Shown: positions 48,381 to 60,687 of the stretch, piece after piece
How positions within the stretch are numbered: the stretch's first letter is position 1
Layout: each line of letters starts with the position of its first letter
Assembly: GCA_051362555.1 (NCBI GenBank)
Contig: CM120647.1
Coordinates: 20,064,651-20,128,650, forward strand
Direction of reading: 5' to 3'
Origin: Lingula anatina
Taxonomy: Eukaryota; Animalia; Brachiopoda
Length of the DNA stretch: 64,000 nt
Position numbers and translations under genes: made by a program
The notes under the pieces: generated by a model
Seen by the model: the letters and a program-made list of their open reading frames with translations, nothing else
The model's database searches: none
Told to the model about the DNA's origin: nothing

Positions 48381-51300
48381 TGTTAAGATACTTCATGGTA
48401 TATTACCACTTCATGGGATAAATGCTCTGATTTTACTGTCAAATCGACTTCATAGGATAAATTGCGACTTCATCTCCACATAAGATATTGCCTGCGACTT
48501 CATGGGATAATGGTGAAAAAGTACCTGTTGTTGGCCCAACGCTATGAGAGAGAACGTTTTTGAAATATAATGTTTTTGTACTGTAAATATTATTCAAAAT
48601 AGGTAAACTGTGCGTTTTAATTCACTTGTATGACTGAATAGGGTTTCTTTAGTGGTATTGGATGCATGTTTTGAGTAATTTTAAAATACACAGGCGTATG
48701 TAGGTGAGGATCCAGTATTTCTAAAAATCAGTACATTATGGGAGATTATGGCCAGCGTTGAAGAAAAGGGGGTCCAGACCCCCTGGGCCCTCCCTTCCCA
48801 GATCCGCTTGATGCATAAAACTAATGGATCAGGTAAACCAGGCTATGAAAACATAATTTACGCGTAGGTTACTGGATTATAAGATGGATAAATAAACAAA
48901 TAGGAATCAGTTATTAAAGATAAATAAATAGATAATAAAAAGAAGCAGAGAAGGTCGTGTATATAATTGTGCTCTACAATTATCTTGATCAAGTAGCGTC
49001 CCACTCTGAAAAGACTAATTTTTCCATGAGGAAAGACACGCGCAAGTGTAATGATTTACGTCTGTCCCTTGGTTTCCGAGATGCTCTGTTCTGGTCCTAC
49101 ACCTGTGAATGTCCATCATGATGTGATCAATGGTGTCCCCGAAATGTGCCCTTGGCTGGTTCTCATTTGACCCGAAAGTATTATCTGCGGCATAGTCTGC
49201 ATTTGGAAACCTGTTAAAAAGCCGTTCGGAGGGGGGGGGGGGGGGGGTAGGCCTACTTGTTGTTTAGCAGCCTAATTAACGTAGTTGATCTGCGAGATCA
49301 ACAGGCTTGTAGATTGATATTTATTCAGAATTGTGGTTGATTGTAATTGTGGTTGATTGTAATTTTTACATCGTAATTTCTGCTATCTACCCGTAGACCT
49401 TTAGTAGTGGCACTTTGCAGTCCTTTGGGGGGGGGTATATATATTTTTTATGTCGTTGTTACTGGTATCCTCTATCCATTTAGGTGAGGAGCATGAGACG
49501 TTGAGGATATTTAAACTTGCCATTAGGGATGTGCACGTGTCCTTCGGATTTTTGGTGACTTTGGTGACCTAGGGGTGGTTGATTATTATCTTTAAATTGT
49601 ATTTTCTGCTATATACCCATAGGTCTTTAGGCTGAGGAAACTAAAATGTCGGTGTGCATAGGCAGGTTTTTTTGTGACCTGGGGTGTGGCTGTCCCTGGG
49701 GATGGTATACATATATATTACCGTAATTTATTTCATCTCCCCCTAGACCATTCGAATAAGAAACATGAGTCTTTGGTGCATGGGTGGGCTACATTAGTGT
49801 GACTTGGGGTGTGGCCGTCCCTAGGGGGTGGAGTGATTAGTGGTTTGTCAGGCAATGAAGCTGATTCCATAGATTGCACTTAAGATTCCTTGCAGAGTTG
49901 GACCGACCCAGCTAGCACTACATCCTATGTGTGAATCTGATGGATGTCTTCGAGTTAGGAAGGAAGGGGAAATGTAGAGAAAACAGCAGACAGTACTAAA
50001 TAACAGACCTTCAGTCGTATTCTTGAATATAGGTCAAGTTAATTAAAACCCATTCAAGACCCCATACTCTCAGGAATCCTACATGTAGGGTCCAAGTCCC
50101 ATTGTTCTTTAACATAAAACACACATGTTAATTACTGCTCTTGGGAAATAAATATTTTTGTTTTGTGTTAAGACACAACAGCAGTTAAACGCTAGGATTC
50201 CTGATCGAGTGTGTGGGGCCTTGAATTAGTTTTTAATTGGATTCCCTGACCTATATTTATGCATATGGCTGGAAGTCCATTTAGTTCTGTATGTGCTTCT
50301 GCTGTTCTCTACATTTCTCAAGGACCCATGCACATTCATTAAAATGACTGGTTCATCAATCTCCGTTTCATGTTCCTTAAAATTTAAGGGTATAGATGTC
50401 AGAAATAAAGTTGTGAAAAATAGAAACAACCACCCCCCGGGATAGCCACACCTGAAATATCATACTAAAATTCCCGGAAACCTATGCATATCCTCAATGG
50501 TAAGCTTATCAGCCCGGAAGGTTTCATGTTCCCAACTGTAATGGCGTAAGGGTAGAAGTACGAATAACGATGTAAAATTTAACATCAACCTCCCCAGGGG
50601 CGGCCACACCCAATGTCACAAAAACCCAGAAAGACCCATACACATCCCCAAAGACAGATTTTTCAATCCCCATAGCCTTACGTTCCCAGCTTTATTGGTC
50701 TAAGGATAGATATAGCAGGAATAACAATGTCAATTAGACTCAACCGCCCCCAGCCCCCACCCCCCCCCCAAAAAAAAAAAAAAAAAAAAAAATCCGAAGT
50801 GCCCTTCCACATTCAAAATAGTATGTAGCCACGTTTCATGTTCCTAGCATAAAATACGATGTAAAAATTAGAATAGACCACCCCCAGGGTCGACCACACC
50901 CCAAGTCACAATTGAATTCCGAAGAGCCTTTGCAAATCCCTATAATGATAGGTTTATTAATCCCCGACGTATCCAGTTCCTAACTATGATGGTTTAGGAA
51001 GTAACGATGTTAAATAGATTATGCATGTATATAATAAATTGTCCACCACAGGGAAAGCTTGACCAATGTAAGCGTACCTAGCCGAGACAACCCCGTCCCC
51101 ATTCCAATTCTACCTCTATAGAAATTCACACTAGCTATTTATTGACTAAAAAAAGAAAAAAATCTGGTTGCAAAATTCGTTTTCACGATTTTCTTTGGTT
51201 GCAAAATGCGTTGCAGTTGCAAAATGCCGCTCTACATCGGTTTTATGATTCCCCAGCATTTTATTCTCCCCAACATCTATCTGGACAGTTGACCGTTTCA

Positions 51301-52271
51301 AATGATTCAGATTTCAGACTTTCCGACCTAAGCGTTTTCATTAAGTATATAGGCCAGGAGGTCAATCTTTTTAAACGACCGAGATATTTTCGAAACATTT
51401 ATTGTTGCATATCATAGAAAAGCCTATTTTTACAGCTTGTTATTGCAAGTCATAACATTTATGTCATAGTTACAAAAGAGATACTTCTATAACACGAATA
51501 ATGGAATAGACGGTTTGTTAAAGATATTAATGTACACTAAGTGTGGAGCAAAATAAAAACCTCTCTGCCTAGTAGAGTTCTCTACCTACAGTGGAAAGAC
51601 ATATATTCTAGCAACTGTGTACTAGCCACATCTATAAACCTGCGCCGTCAATCAAACCACACATGGTCAGTTTTATGCCCTAGTTTAAAGGAAGGCAATG
51701 TGTTTATTTATACACTTCGTTTGTCTTATAAATCTGGTGCCTTAGACCCATCATGATTCAACGTCCAAATATTGTCAGTTTTTAATCGTCCTGAAATCTG
51801 AAAAATCTCAAAACTAAATGGGTAAAACAAAAAACTAGCTTTATGCTTTCCGTCACTGGACCGGAGCTCTTGAAATAAAGTACATTATTTAAATAGAAGT
51901 TAATCTCACGGGTATCTACGAGAACATCTGAAAATAACAGCTTCATTAAACTCCAACGAGATAAAATACGCACTATCATGTGAGTGAGTAATGTTATTCC
52001 CCCCCCCCCCCCCCCCACACACACACACCCCATTTCAAATACACGCGTCACTCTGGAAATCATGGTCTAGAATGAAACATCATATCGACCTTTACGCCTA
52101 ATTTCCACATCCAACCAGAACTGAAACATGTTTGGATACAATGTGCCATGAAGTGGTAATATACTACGATCTCCTAAGGGTCCTTATTTTTTAACCAATG
52201 AAGTCGCCTTCTATCATGAAGTAGTAATTCTTATCCTATGAAGTGGTAATATACCATGAAGTATCTTAACA
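48381..52271. mobile_element. Non-autonomous TGT...ACA DNA transposon, ~41-bp TIR, 6-bp TSD TACGTT
   Basis: TGTTAAGATACTTCATGGTATATTACCACTTCAT(G/A)GGATAA inverted at both ends; TACGTT at 48375-48380 and 52272-52277; subterminal ACTTCAT repeats. Confidence 0.75.
49360..51010. repeat. Two oppositely oriented arrays of a degenerate ~150-bp repeat
   Basis: Units with CCCCAGGG..GCCACACCCC..GTCAC on + at 50430-51000 and on - at 49360-49830. Confidence 0.55.
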
Positions 52272-53092
52272 TACGTTATTTGAAAAATATGTTCCTTCTG
52301 ACATTTTGAACGCTCTAAATAATAACGTATGTAACAGACGGACTCTCTTTGTGGTTTAAAACGTTTTTATTCACATGACTAAAAATTTCACCCCGTAATA
52401 AACGGTGATACATAATAAGATAAAATGACATTTAATAAATAATAAATATATAGTTCCTGTAACTGTTAATTACTTATAGTTCTATAGTTCTGTGATAACT
52501 TGATATATACCTCCTTGATAAAGAAACAATTTACATAATGCAGAATATTACAGCTTACTGGGGCTTACCCTGATTTAATTCAAGGGCGTTTTATAAAGAG
52601 TGCTGGCAATACCAGTATTTGGCTTTGTCTGAAAACTAGAAAGTACAAAATACTGTAGTATAGCATAATGCAGTAGAGTTGGACACGTAAAAGACAAGAT
52701 AGAACAACAGATGCTAAATTGAACTAGAATTTACTTAAGTACCACATACAGACAGACGAACAGCAACTCCAGCCCTGTTTGAAAATCCGGCGCCAACGCC
52801 TTTTATAACGAGACGTCACATGACACAGACGCGGGAAGACAGTACAAAGGAACATAGACAAAGAAACATAGACAAAAGAACATAGACAAAACACCAATTA
52901 GAGGGCGTCAGAGTCCCAGCAAGTCACAAGACAAGGCAACTCGTATTTAGAATTCATTTTACCTAGCCTCTGTATTAACTATCTGAATTATCTCAAACAA
53001 CGTACTGTATACTCCGGTAAAATCTGTAATGTGACTTATAAAAACGCACCCATCAATACATGTATATATTTTGTGAGGAAATTGTGTCCAGT

Positions 53093-53123
<31 letters not shown>

Positions 53124-54325
53124 CTACACTGTGTCACGATAAACGTTATTCCTTTTTTAGTGTCTGAAAATCAAGCAAAACAACTTTCGTGACCATTTGC
53201 CACTTATTGGCTTATTTCATTACTTTTTACTATCTTATAATGTAACATTTGTATTTTTACAAATCAGGCATGTTGCTCCCAAAGTTTGCTTTTATTTTTT
53301 AAAAAACATCCAAACAGGAATGGTCATACTTTGCCCTTAACTCTGTTACGAAATTGCAATTTTTCACTTGCATATGTGATACATTGTATGTGTCTACTGC
53401 TTGATTAAGGACTATATCATACTTAATTTCCAGCAATACATTCAAAAACATCTCTCAAAGCATAAAGCATGTCTGATCCCTGTGGTTTCTAAAATTAGAA
53501 TATTACATACTTTGTTTGCCTACAGTTAGTGTGACTTACTTACAAATTGTTTTACGTGGTTCTTATATGATTGACAGAAACCCTAAAGTGCCAATAATAT
53601 TTTCTAATACTTAAAAAATCTCAGTAACTAAATACAAAATTGAACTTAAGACCTATTTAGAAGTTACCTAACCACCGTAATGAAAAAATATTATTTTCTT
53701 ATCTTAAAGAGAGGCAGTGGTGTCGGTAAAAATATTATTCTGTTCCTCTCTGAGTAGTCTTTAGAAAAATATAAATAGTTTTTCAGTTTTTCAAAGTTAA
53801 TATTTTTCATATTTGGTACCTTTCATGGGATGACCGTAAACAGCAATGCTTAAATAAGTGATATTGGTTTCATGGATTTTATAAAGGTACTTTTGTAGAG
53901 AGTTGTTTTGTAAGGCAAAAGTGGGATATATATATATATCTGATTATGACAGTATCACTCTTGTCATATATATGTTGCCTTTGAAATACCCAAGGTTACA
54001 CAGATAAGGATGTGGAAAGCAGCTAGAAACAAACTCCCTCAAGAATCTATGTAATTGAAACCCACAAAACTTCTATGGAAAATGCTCTGCATATTGAATT
54101 TGTATTTCCCATGTTAGGATTTCTTTGGATATTATGTATGTTATTTTGGGAACTTCAAAGAAATCCAATGCGGCATTGCAATTTGTTTCAAATCAAACTA
54201 TATTAAGGTCAATAATGTTTAAGGTTTAGTATCTCGATTGGCATCTGAAACATACCGGCCCAAGTCGTAATATTAGCATGTACTAGTGTATATACGTATT
54301 ATCTTATTCTGTTACCTGTTTTTAG

Positions 54326-57322
54326 AACCTGCTCCGCTGGATAGACAACACACCACTTGTATTTTCGGACTGGTACCATCCAGACTATGACAAACTCTTT
54401 GTAGAGGAACGCTTCCGAACCGCGGCTAAATATTCAAAAAATGTTCTCAGTGACTTTGCATTCATATCGAGATCAAATCTATTGAACACTAAGCATCCTG
54501 TTTATGACCGTGGAATATTATGTGCAGCTATGATTGTAACTAATCCGCACTACTCGTCCAACTGGATCATGATTCCTTGCCCGCAAGAATTCCATGCAGC
54601 CACTGTGATATGTGAATACCCAAGACACGCCAATGAAAGCAGTGGGCGGCAAGTGTCGTCGAAAACGACTAAAACTGGTACCTGTTCTGATTTTCAGTTT
54701 GAATGCGGAGACGGCACGTGTGTTTCTATAGATTCTAGGTGTGACGGACAAAAAGATTGCCTAGACGGAAGTGATGAAAATGTCACCTGTCAACTACTTC
54801 ATTTCTGGCGTTGTAAAAACGGACATTATCTTCATGTGTCCCGATTCTGTGACAAAGTGGCTGATTGTTCGGACAACTCAGACGAAATAGGTTGTATCTA
54901 TCCGCCTTGTAAAGCAAATCAGTTTTATTGTGGCAGTGGAGAATGCATTCAAATAAGCGAAAGATGCGACTTAATACCCCACTGTAAAGATGGTTCAGAT
55001 GAAGCACAGTGCACAAAAACCTACAAGAAGAAATTCTATTCTTGTTTTTCTGATACATTCATCCCGTATTCACAAAAACACGATGGCGTGGTAGACTGTC
55101 TAGGACCCTTCGAAGAAGACGAAGTAGACGAGCGGTCGTTACAACAACCATCGATTGAACACTGTGGGGATCAATACAACAGGACGTGTAACAAATACAC
55201 CTGCGACAAATATTCTCATCTCGAAAAATTATTTTTTCTTCGTGAGACTACATCCGGCAAAAATTATAGAAATGCTCAGGTGTTCTATGGGAACGCGTCT
55301 TGCTTTTACGAAAGCAATAAATACGACATCCTATCAACCTGCAGGACTGGGAAGCACCTTAAACAAAACGTGTCTCGCCTCAATTTAAAATACGTTAGAC
55401 TGGCTACTAAAGCTATTTTTCTTGACTCGTCGCCATTATGCCACGGGTTCACATGTCCCACAGATTTATATCACCAATGCCCGTCGTCGTACTGCATACC
55501 TGCTAGATCAGTTTGCGACGGGGTCAAAGACTGTCATGATGGCAGTGATGAAATAGCCTGTAACAGCTACTCCTGCCCAGGTATGTACAGGTGTCGGGGG
55601 CAGAACAATTGCTTGCCACAGACACAGGTGCGGGACGGATTCCCTCAATGTAAACTGCGAGATGATGAAGTATTCTATGGTTTTCAGTGTCCACCGGAGT
55701 GCTTTTGTGAAGGGTTTTCGGTAATTTGCCCTGGATTAGTATTCAAGAGGTCACCAAATTCTAATCAGAGTAGATTAACTGAGGCGCCTGTTATAATAGG
55801 AAGAGATATGGTAAGGAGTCTCATTTTAAAAGATAATCATATATCAGAGGTCATATTGGATAACTGCACGCGACTGCTATATCTTGACTTATCAAACAAC
55901 TCACTGGTCGAAGTTCATAAAACTATATTTCAAGACACTGTCAATCTACGAAGAATTGATCTCTCAAAAAACAGCATCAGCATCATCCGAAGTGGTTCAT
56001 TTTCCAATATGATATCTCTTCAAGTGCTGAACATAAGCAACAACCCAATAACTTCCGTTCCTCAGCATTGTTTCCACAATCTTCCCGCTTTGCAGCATCT
56101 TGATCTGTCAGCTGGTCTACTGTTTGTCCTGGAAAACTGTTCATTTTATAACGTCTCCGTTAACGTTTTAAACATATCGAGAAACTTTGTCCAGACATTT
56201 AATGGCTGGTTGTTTTGTGGTTGGCACAAAGTGAGGGCGATTGATCTGTCTGGAAACCCGTTGGAAGTCAAACAGGACGAGGCACCAAGTGATGTCGACG
56301 TTATAATTGCAGATTCGTTCAGCATCTGCTGCATGTTTCATCAGACAAATTTATGTCAGTCTCATGTTGATTTTTTTGCATCGTGTTCAGATATGTTTAT
56401 GGATAAAGTAATTAAGTACTCTTGTTTTTGTTTGGGTCTTCTTTCTGTGGTGTCGACGTTAGGATTGCTTAAATCGTATTTTAGGCTTGAAGGACTGTTT
56501 CGGATGAAAGAAGTTGCTGTTGCATTGAATGTCATTGAAGTGCAAACGATTATACCAGTTGCGATAATATATCTTAACAGTATGTGGATGGCAGATCCTT
56601 ATTCCAGCCTGTCTAATTCCTGGCGGAGGAGCCCATCGTGTCACGTTGCATCTTTTTTCTACATTTTTCCTCAGGTTGGTGTTCCTATAATAGTATTTTT
56701 TGCTGCTATACAGGCAATTATATTACGAGCCGCTGGAATCGAGAAAGCACATGTGTTAAAGCGCATAGTGTGCGTTGGCATAGTTGTTGTCCTCATCATG
56801 TCAGTAACCTTTAGTGTTCTTTTGTCCATGGAGCTACAAATCCATACTGGTACCTGTTATCCTTTCATGTTAAGCAGTCTTATGACTGAAATACAGTATA
56901 ATTATTTAACGATTGAAATCACATATCTATCAATGTCTGTAATTTCTTTAACTACTTTCGCAGGAGTTTTTATGTATCTGTTGTATTCTCTGAGATCTCC
57001 GTCATCCCAAACCGATTTTCGCAGTATGTGCTGCTTTTTGGAAATTGCCTTATCCGATGCCATACGCTGGTTCCCGTTCACAGTCTCGTGTATCTTGCAC
57101 TTAAAGAACAACCCGGTGTCTGATTACGCTGCGCAGTGGGTGCAGTTAGTTGTGCTTAACATGCGGCCCATCGTATGTGCCTTTATTCATATTTGTTTAG
57201 GGCCTTTGTGGAAGAAAGTTGAGCGTTTTTTTGTACAGACAGGGGTTGGGTCCACTAGTCAACCGGCATTGGGGAGGCAAAGGATGGAGGCAAGAGAAGA
57301 ACAGGAAGATACGCGATTATAG
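54326..57322 (+). CDS. Exon 2 of the mosaic receptor: second half of the C-type lectin, ~6 LDLa repeats, LRRNT + LRRs, hinge and rhodopsin-like 7TM (whole protein ~1874 aa)
   Basis: Acceptor tttttag|AAC is in frame with the 54482 ORF and gives [16 protein letters not shown]...CAAM...WIMIPC...VICE; CDGxxDCxDGSDE repeats; LxxLDLSxNxL repeats; CCMF..CQS..SC hinge; WRRSPSC; seven hydrophobic segments. Confidence 0.9.
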   Translation, partial: NLLRWIDNTPLVFSDWYHPDYDKLFVEERFRTAAKYSKNVLSDFAFISRSNLLNTKHPVYDRGILCAAMIVTNPHYSSNWIMIPCPQEFHAATVICEYPRHANESSGRQVSSKTTKTGTCSDFQFECGDGTCVSIDSRCDGQKDCLDGSDENVTCQLLHFWRCKNGHYLHVSRFCDKVADCSDNSDEIGCIYPPCKANQFYCGSGECIQISERCDLIPHCKDGSDEAQCTKTYKKKFYSCFSDTFIPYSQKHDGVVDCLGPFEEDEVDERSLQQPSIEHCGDQYNRTCNKYTCDKYSHLEKLFFLRETTSGKNYRNAQVFYGNASCFYESNKYDILSTCRTGKHLKQNVSRLNLKYVRLATKAIFLDSSPLCHGFTCPTDLYHQCPSSYCIPARSVCDGVKDCHDGSDEIACNSYSCPGMYRCRGQNNCLPQTQVRDGFPQCKLRDDEVFYGFQCPPECFCEGFSVICPGLVFKRSPNSNQSRLTEAPVIIGRDMVRSLILKDNHISEVILDNCTRLLYLDLSNNSLVEVHKTIFQDTVNLRRIDLSKNSISIIRSGSFSNMISLQVLNISNNPITSVPQHCFHNLPALQHLDLSAGLLFVLENCSFYNVSVNVLNISRNFVQTFNGWLFCGWHKVRAIDLSGNPLEVKQDEAPSDVDVIIADSFSICCMFHQTNLCQSHVDFFASCSDMFMDKVIKYSCFCLGLLSVVSTLGLLKSYFRLEGLFRMKEVAVALNVIEVQTIIPVAIIYLNSMWMADPYSSLSNSWRRSPSCHVASFFYIFPQVGVPIIVFFAAIQAIILRAAGIEKAHVLKRIVCVGIVVVLIMSVTFSVLLSMELQIHTGTCYPFMLSSLMTEIQYNYLTIEITYLSMSVISLTTFAGVFMYLLYSLRSPSSQTDFRSMCCFLEIALSDAIRWFPFTVSCILHLKNNPVSDYAAQWVQLVVLNMRPIVCAFIHICLGPLWKKVERFFVQTGVGSTSQPALGRQRMEAREEQEDTRL

Positions 57323-57481
57323 AATATATATGAACAATCAATGTACATCAAAAAGATAAGTGTATTTTCTAAAATGTCATGTTTTAATTGTAGAATATTC
57401 ATTTTATTTCCGATTTGTCGATTGTTAACTTTAATGCTTCATTCAGCTTTTAGTTTTGTAAATGCAGGGCTAGATACTTAA

Positions 57482-57818
57482 AGGGATAATAACTCTTCGT
57501 TTCGGCCAAAAAATGAATTTTCCTGAAGTAAACAACAATTTTCCCATACTTACCAATGGTTATTGAATCCATTTTTACATTCAAAGTTAGTCCCTGGTTT
57601 TTTTCTAAAAAGTTTGGTTTTTTGTTAAAATCTCTTAAGAGATTTTAACAGAGTACAGCCATCAATGGCAGTCACATGGTCTAAAGACGAGCTCAGATAT
57701 CAGAATAATAGCTATGACTGCCGTTTTTGTGGTAAAACAGAATATATTATATTTCTATGAGTTATTCACAATGTTTTTATTGTGAAATATAGATCTCATA
57801 CGAAGAGTTATTATCCCT
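57482..57818. mobile_element. Kolobok-type MITE, TTAA TSD, 19-bp TIR
   Basis: ttaa-AGGGATAATAACTCTTCGT ... ACGAAGAGTTATTATCCCT-ttaa, just downstream of the receptor stop codon. Confidence 0.85.
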
Positions 57819-59753
57819 TTAAACTATTTATGATTGTGTAAGTTGGTCTGAAGGTTAGGCTGTATTGTTGCAATTGGTAAACTTTTCAAATTTTGTGACT
57901 TATCTGAATGCTTTGGTTGAGGCATCTTTTAATGAAATGTGAAATAAACCTGCGAAGCTGTTGGGTTTGTCGAGATGAATACCTTATAGCAATTGCAAAT
58001 TTATTTCAAAAGAAGTAGTCATGATTTGAATATATATAATACTCTATCCGTGAAATTGATTTCTGTAAAAATGAGTGTTAATTAATACGTAGTTGGTATT
58101 TTCTGTCGTTTGAAAGAACAATTTAATTGATGTATATTATATAAATTTTTAATATAACAATTTAATTTATGATCATTTTATATTTTATGTAATTGTCTCT
58201 TATAACTTTTCACATTGCATATCTGTAACACAAATTTTCCTGGTAATTTCCATTATTGATATTTCATGATAACCGATCTAATTTCTTTTGATTTATCTGA
58301 TTCTATTGTATTGTATTATCTGAATGTAATTATATAATCAGATTTTCAAATTTATGCATTTTGTAAGATACTATTTTAATGAAAGATTTAAAGATATTCA
58401 CGATGTTTCAAACATTACCGCTCAGATATTCATTCATCAATAATCCGTCAGTGTGCATTAATTATGTGTATAAAAAGTATCTTCACCAAGTTATGGTTTT
58501 ACTTACTTTTTTATTTTTGCTTCCACTTATGCTGTGACACGCGTTTGTTAGAGACATGCAATCACCACTAAAGGTGTATTTTTCAATCGATGCAATTGTG
58601 AAACAAGCATGCATATTGTCACATGACATATTACAAGCTATAAGCTGCTTACACCTTATGTTCAACCTGCAGTCCACGCCCTCTTAACGACTTGCATGAC
58701 GTGGTCTGATGGGATCCAGAAACTCCTTTTTACACTTGATCTTGGGGTTGCGTGGCTTAGTCAATCACAAAAAAAAAAAAATCACAATTTTCAAAATGAG
58801 TCAAACTGGCCACTCTGCCAAGCTACACAATTAGCAAATATAAGTCCAACAGTGAAATGGCTCTCTTCATTATGCTTAACCAAAATGTGAAAGGGCAGGT
58901 CACAAATGTTGACCTAATTACAAATTATGACAGTTTGTCAGTCATTGTTCAACTATGTCCAATTGGTAAAGAAATCCAAATAAAAAAAAGACGGCAAAAA
59001 CTAAAAGGTGTGACAGAATCCGTTGTCAACGTACCCTAGGGGCATTGAAAGATGAATGACACTAATACTTCAGATCACGGCTAGTGTAAAAAACAGACCA
59101 ACAGACCTGCTTTAATAAGACTTCAGTACCATCAGCTGATACAAGGTCAACAGAAAGTAAATTATACAAAATCTTTAACAGTGTCAAAATAGATAATTTC
59201 GCCGAGCTCCCTCTCCAATTCTATAATAGAGTCATTTAAGAAAAGAAATGGCATAATTGCTCTTATCGGTAACTTCTGGCATATTCCTTGAACTGCAAAA
59301 TACGACTGCTCTAAATATCGTACATGTGCAATGTTTTAATATACATTAAACTAAATCCATTGTACGCACTTCACGTTCACACATCATCTCGACAGCCGGT
59401 TGACGCACATGTACAGGGTAGCTAAGACCAGTAGGTTATGAGACGACCGTCACGAGTGAAATATTTAAAAAACGGATATATCTTTAAAGTACTACTTAAT
59501 TAAAACTGCAGATGAAAGACACAAACGTTTACCACACCACAAGACGCCAAAGGAGTATCTGTTACTGAAACTAGCGGTTGATTGAAAAACGGAGGTAAGT
59601 TACAAGGATCAATGCAGGGACCCTTTACACATCGAGCTGTTTCCAATCCAGGATTTCCGCGACAAATACAATTTACCACGATGTTCTCCATTACCCGCCA
59701 ATCATTGGAATCGCCATCTCAAGGAACCGAAACACTGCGACAGTAGGGCTCTA

Positions 59754-59954
59754 TTCCCATAGATTTTAGATCGATCTATCCCCGCGGGGAGTCTCACTAG
59801 ATTACTTTCAGATAATCCGACTTAAATGTCCGTCCCGCTTACCACAAGCTGTAAGGGGGTTATTAACTTTCGCGTCCGCCCGGCTGACAGCTATTTAGCG
59901 TGAACCCCCAGGGAGTTAGGTCGATCTAAAGTAGGTCGATCTAATCTATGGAAA
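59754..59954. mobile_element. Small inverted-repeat element (MITE-like); related fragment at 39761-39800
   Basis: CCATAGATT..AGATCGA ... TCGATCTAATCTATGG ends; CCCCAGGGAGTTAGGTCG is shared in inverted orientation with 39761. Confidence 0.5.
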
Positions 59955-60687
59955 TGGGGTGTAAGATCATCCTTGGGGACTGATGTGGTGCGGGACTAAA
60001 TGCGGTGCCCGGACTATCCATTGCAATTAAAAGATAAATACTGAAGCTGCCATGGCTTTCTCATTGAGAAGAAAGAAAATTTATTTGAATCATGATTATA
60101 ACAGCTCCTCTGACTTTGGCAAAGCCAGTTATTAGGAAAAGGGACCGAGTTCTGGTAAACTACATATGTACATCTGGTTCTTTTTGCTTTTAATATAGTT
60201 TCTGAGTCTCGTTTGGTTTCTAAGAGAGAAAACTTGTACATTCGGAGGGAGGGTGGGTGGGTGTCAAAGCGCAGAAATCAGTTCAAAGACAGATGCATTA
60301 TTGAATAATTAGATGCAGGAAAAACCTCATTTTCGTTATCTGGGCGATATTAAAGGGTTACGATACCCTGAAGCCTGTGCTGTTGCCTAGTAGATCAGAG
60401 TCTGAACTGTGCTGCCATCTACAGTATTAGTACATGTCTGTACAGTCTTGGCTTGACTAGCAAGTGCTGTTATCTACAGCTACCAGTGTAACTATAACCA
60501 GGTAGTGACTAGAAATTGCATAGTTTTATATGTCATGATTTGACTATGGCGTTACAAAAGTTTATGTGTTGTTGAATAAAATGTTTCAGTAACAATGAGG
60601 TATCAGCAAGTGCTGCCACCTATTATTGCATTTGATGCTTTACATATGCTGCCATTTATTGTTTGTAATTTGACAAAAAATTGTAGC

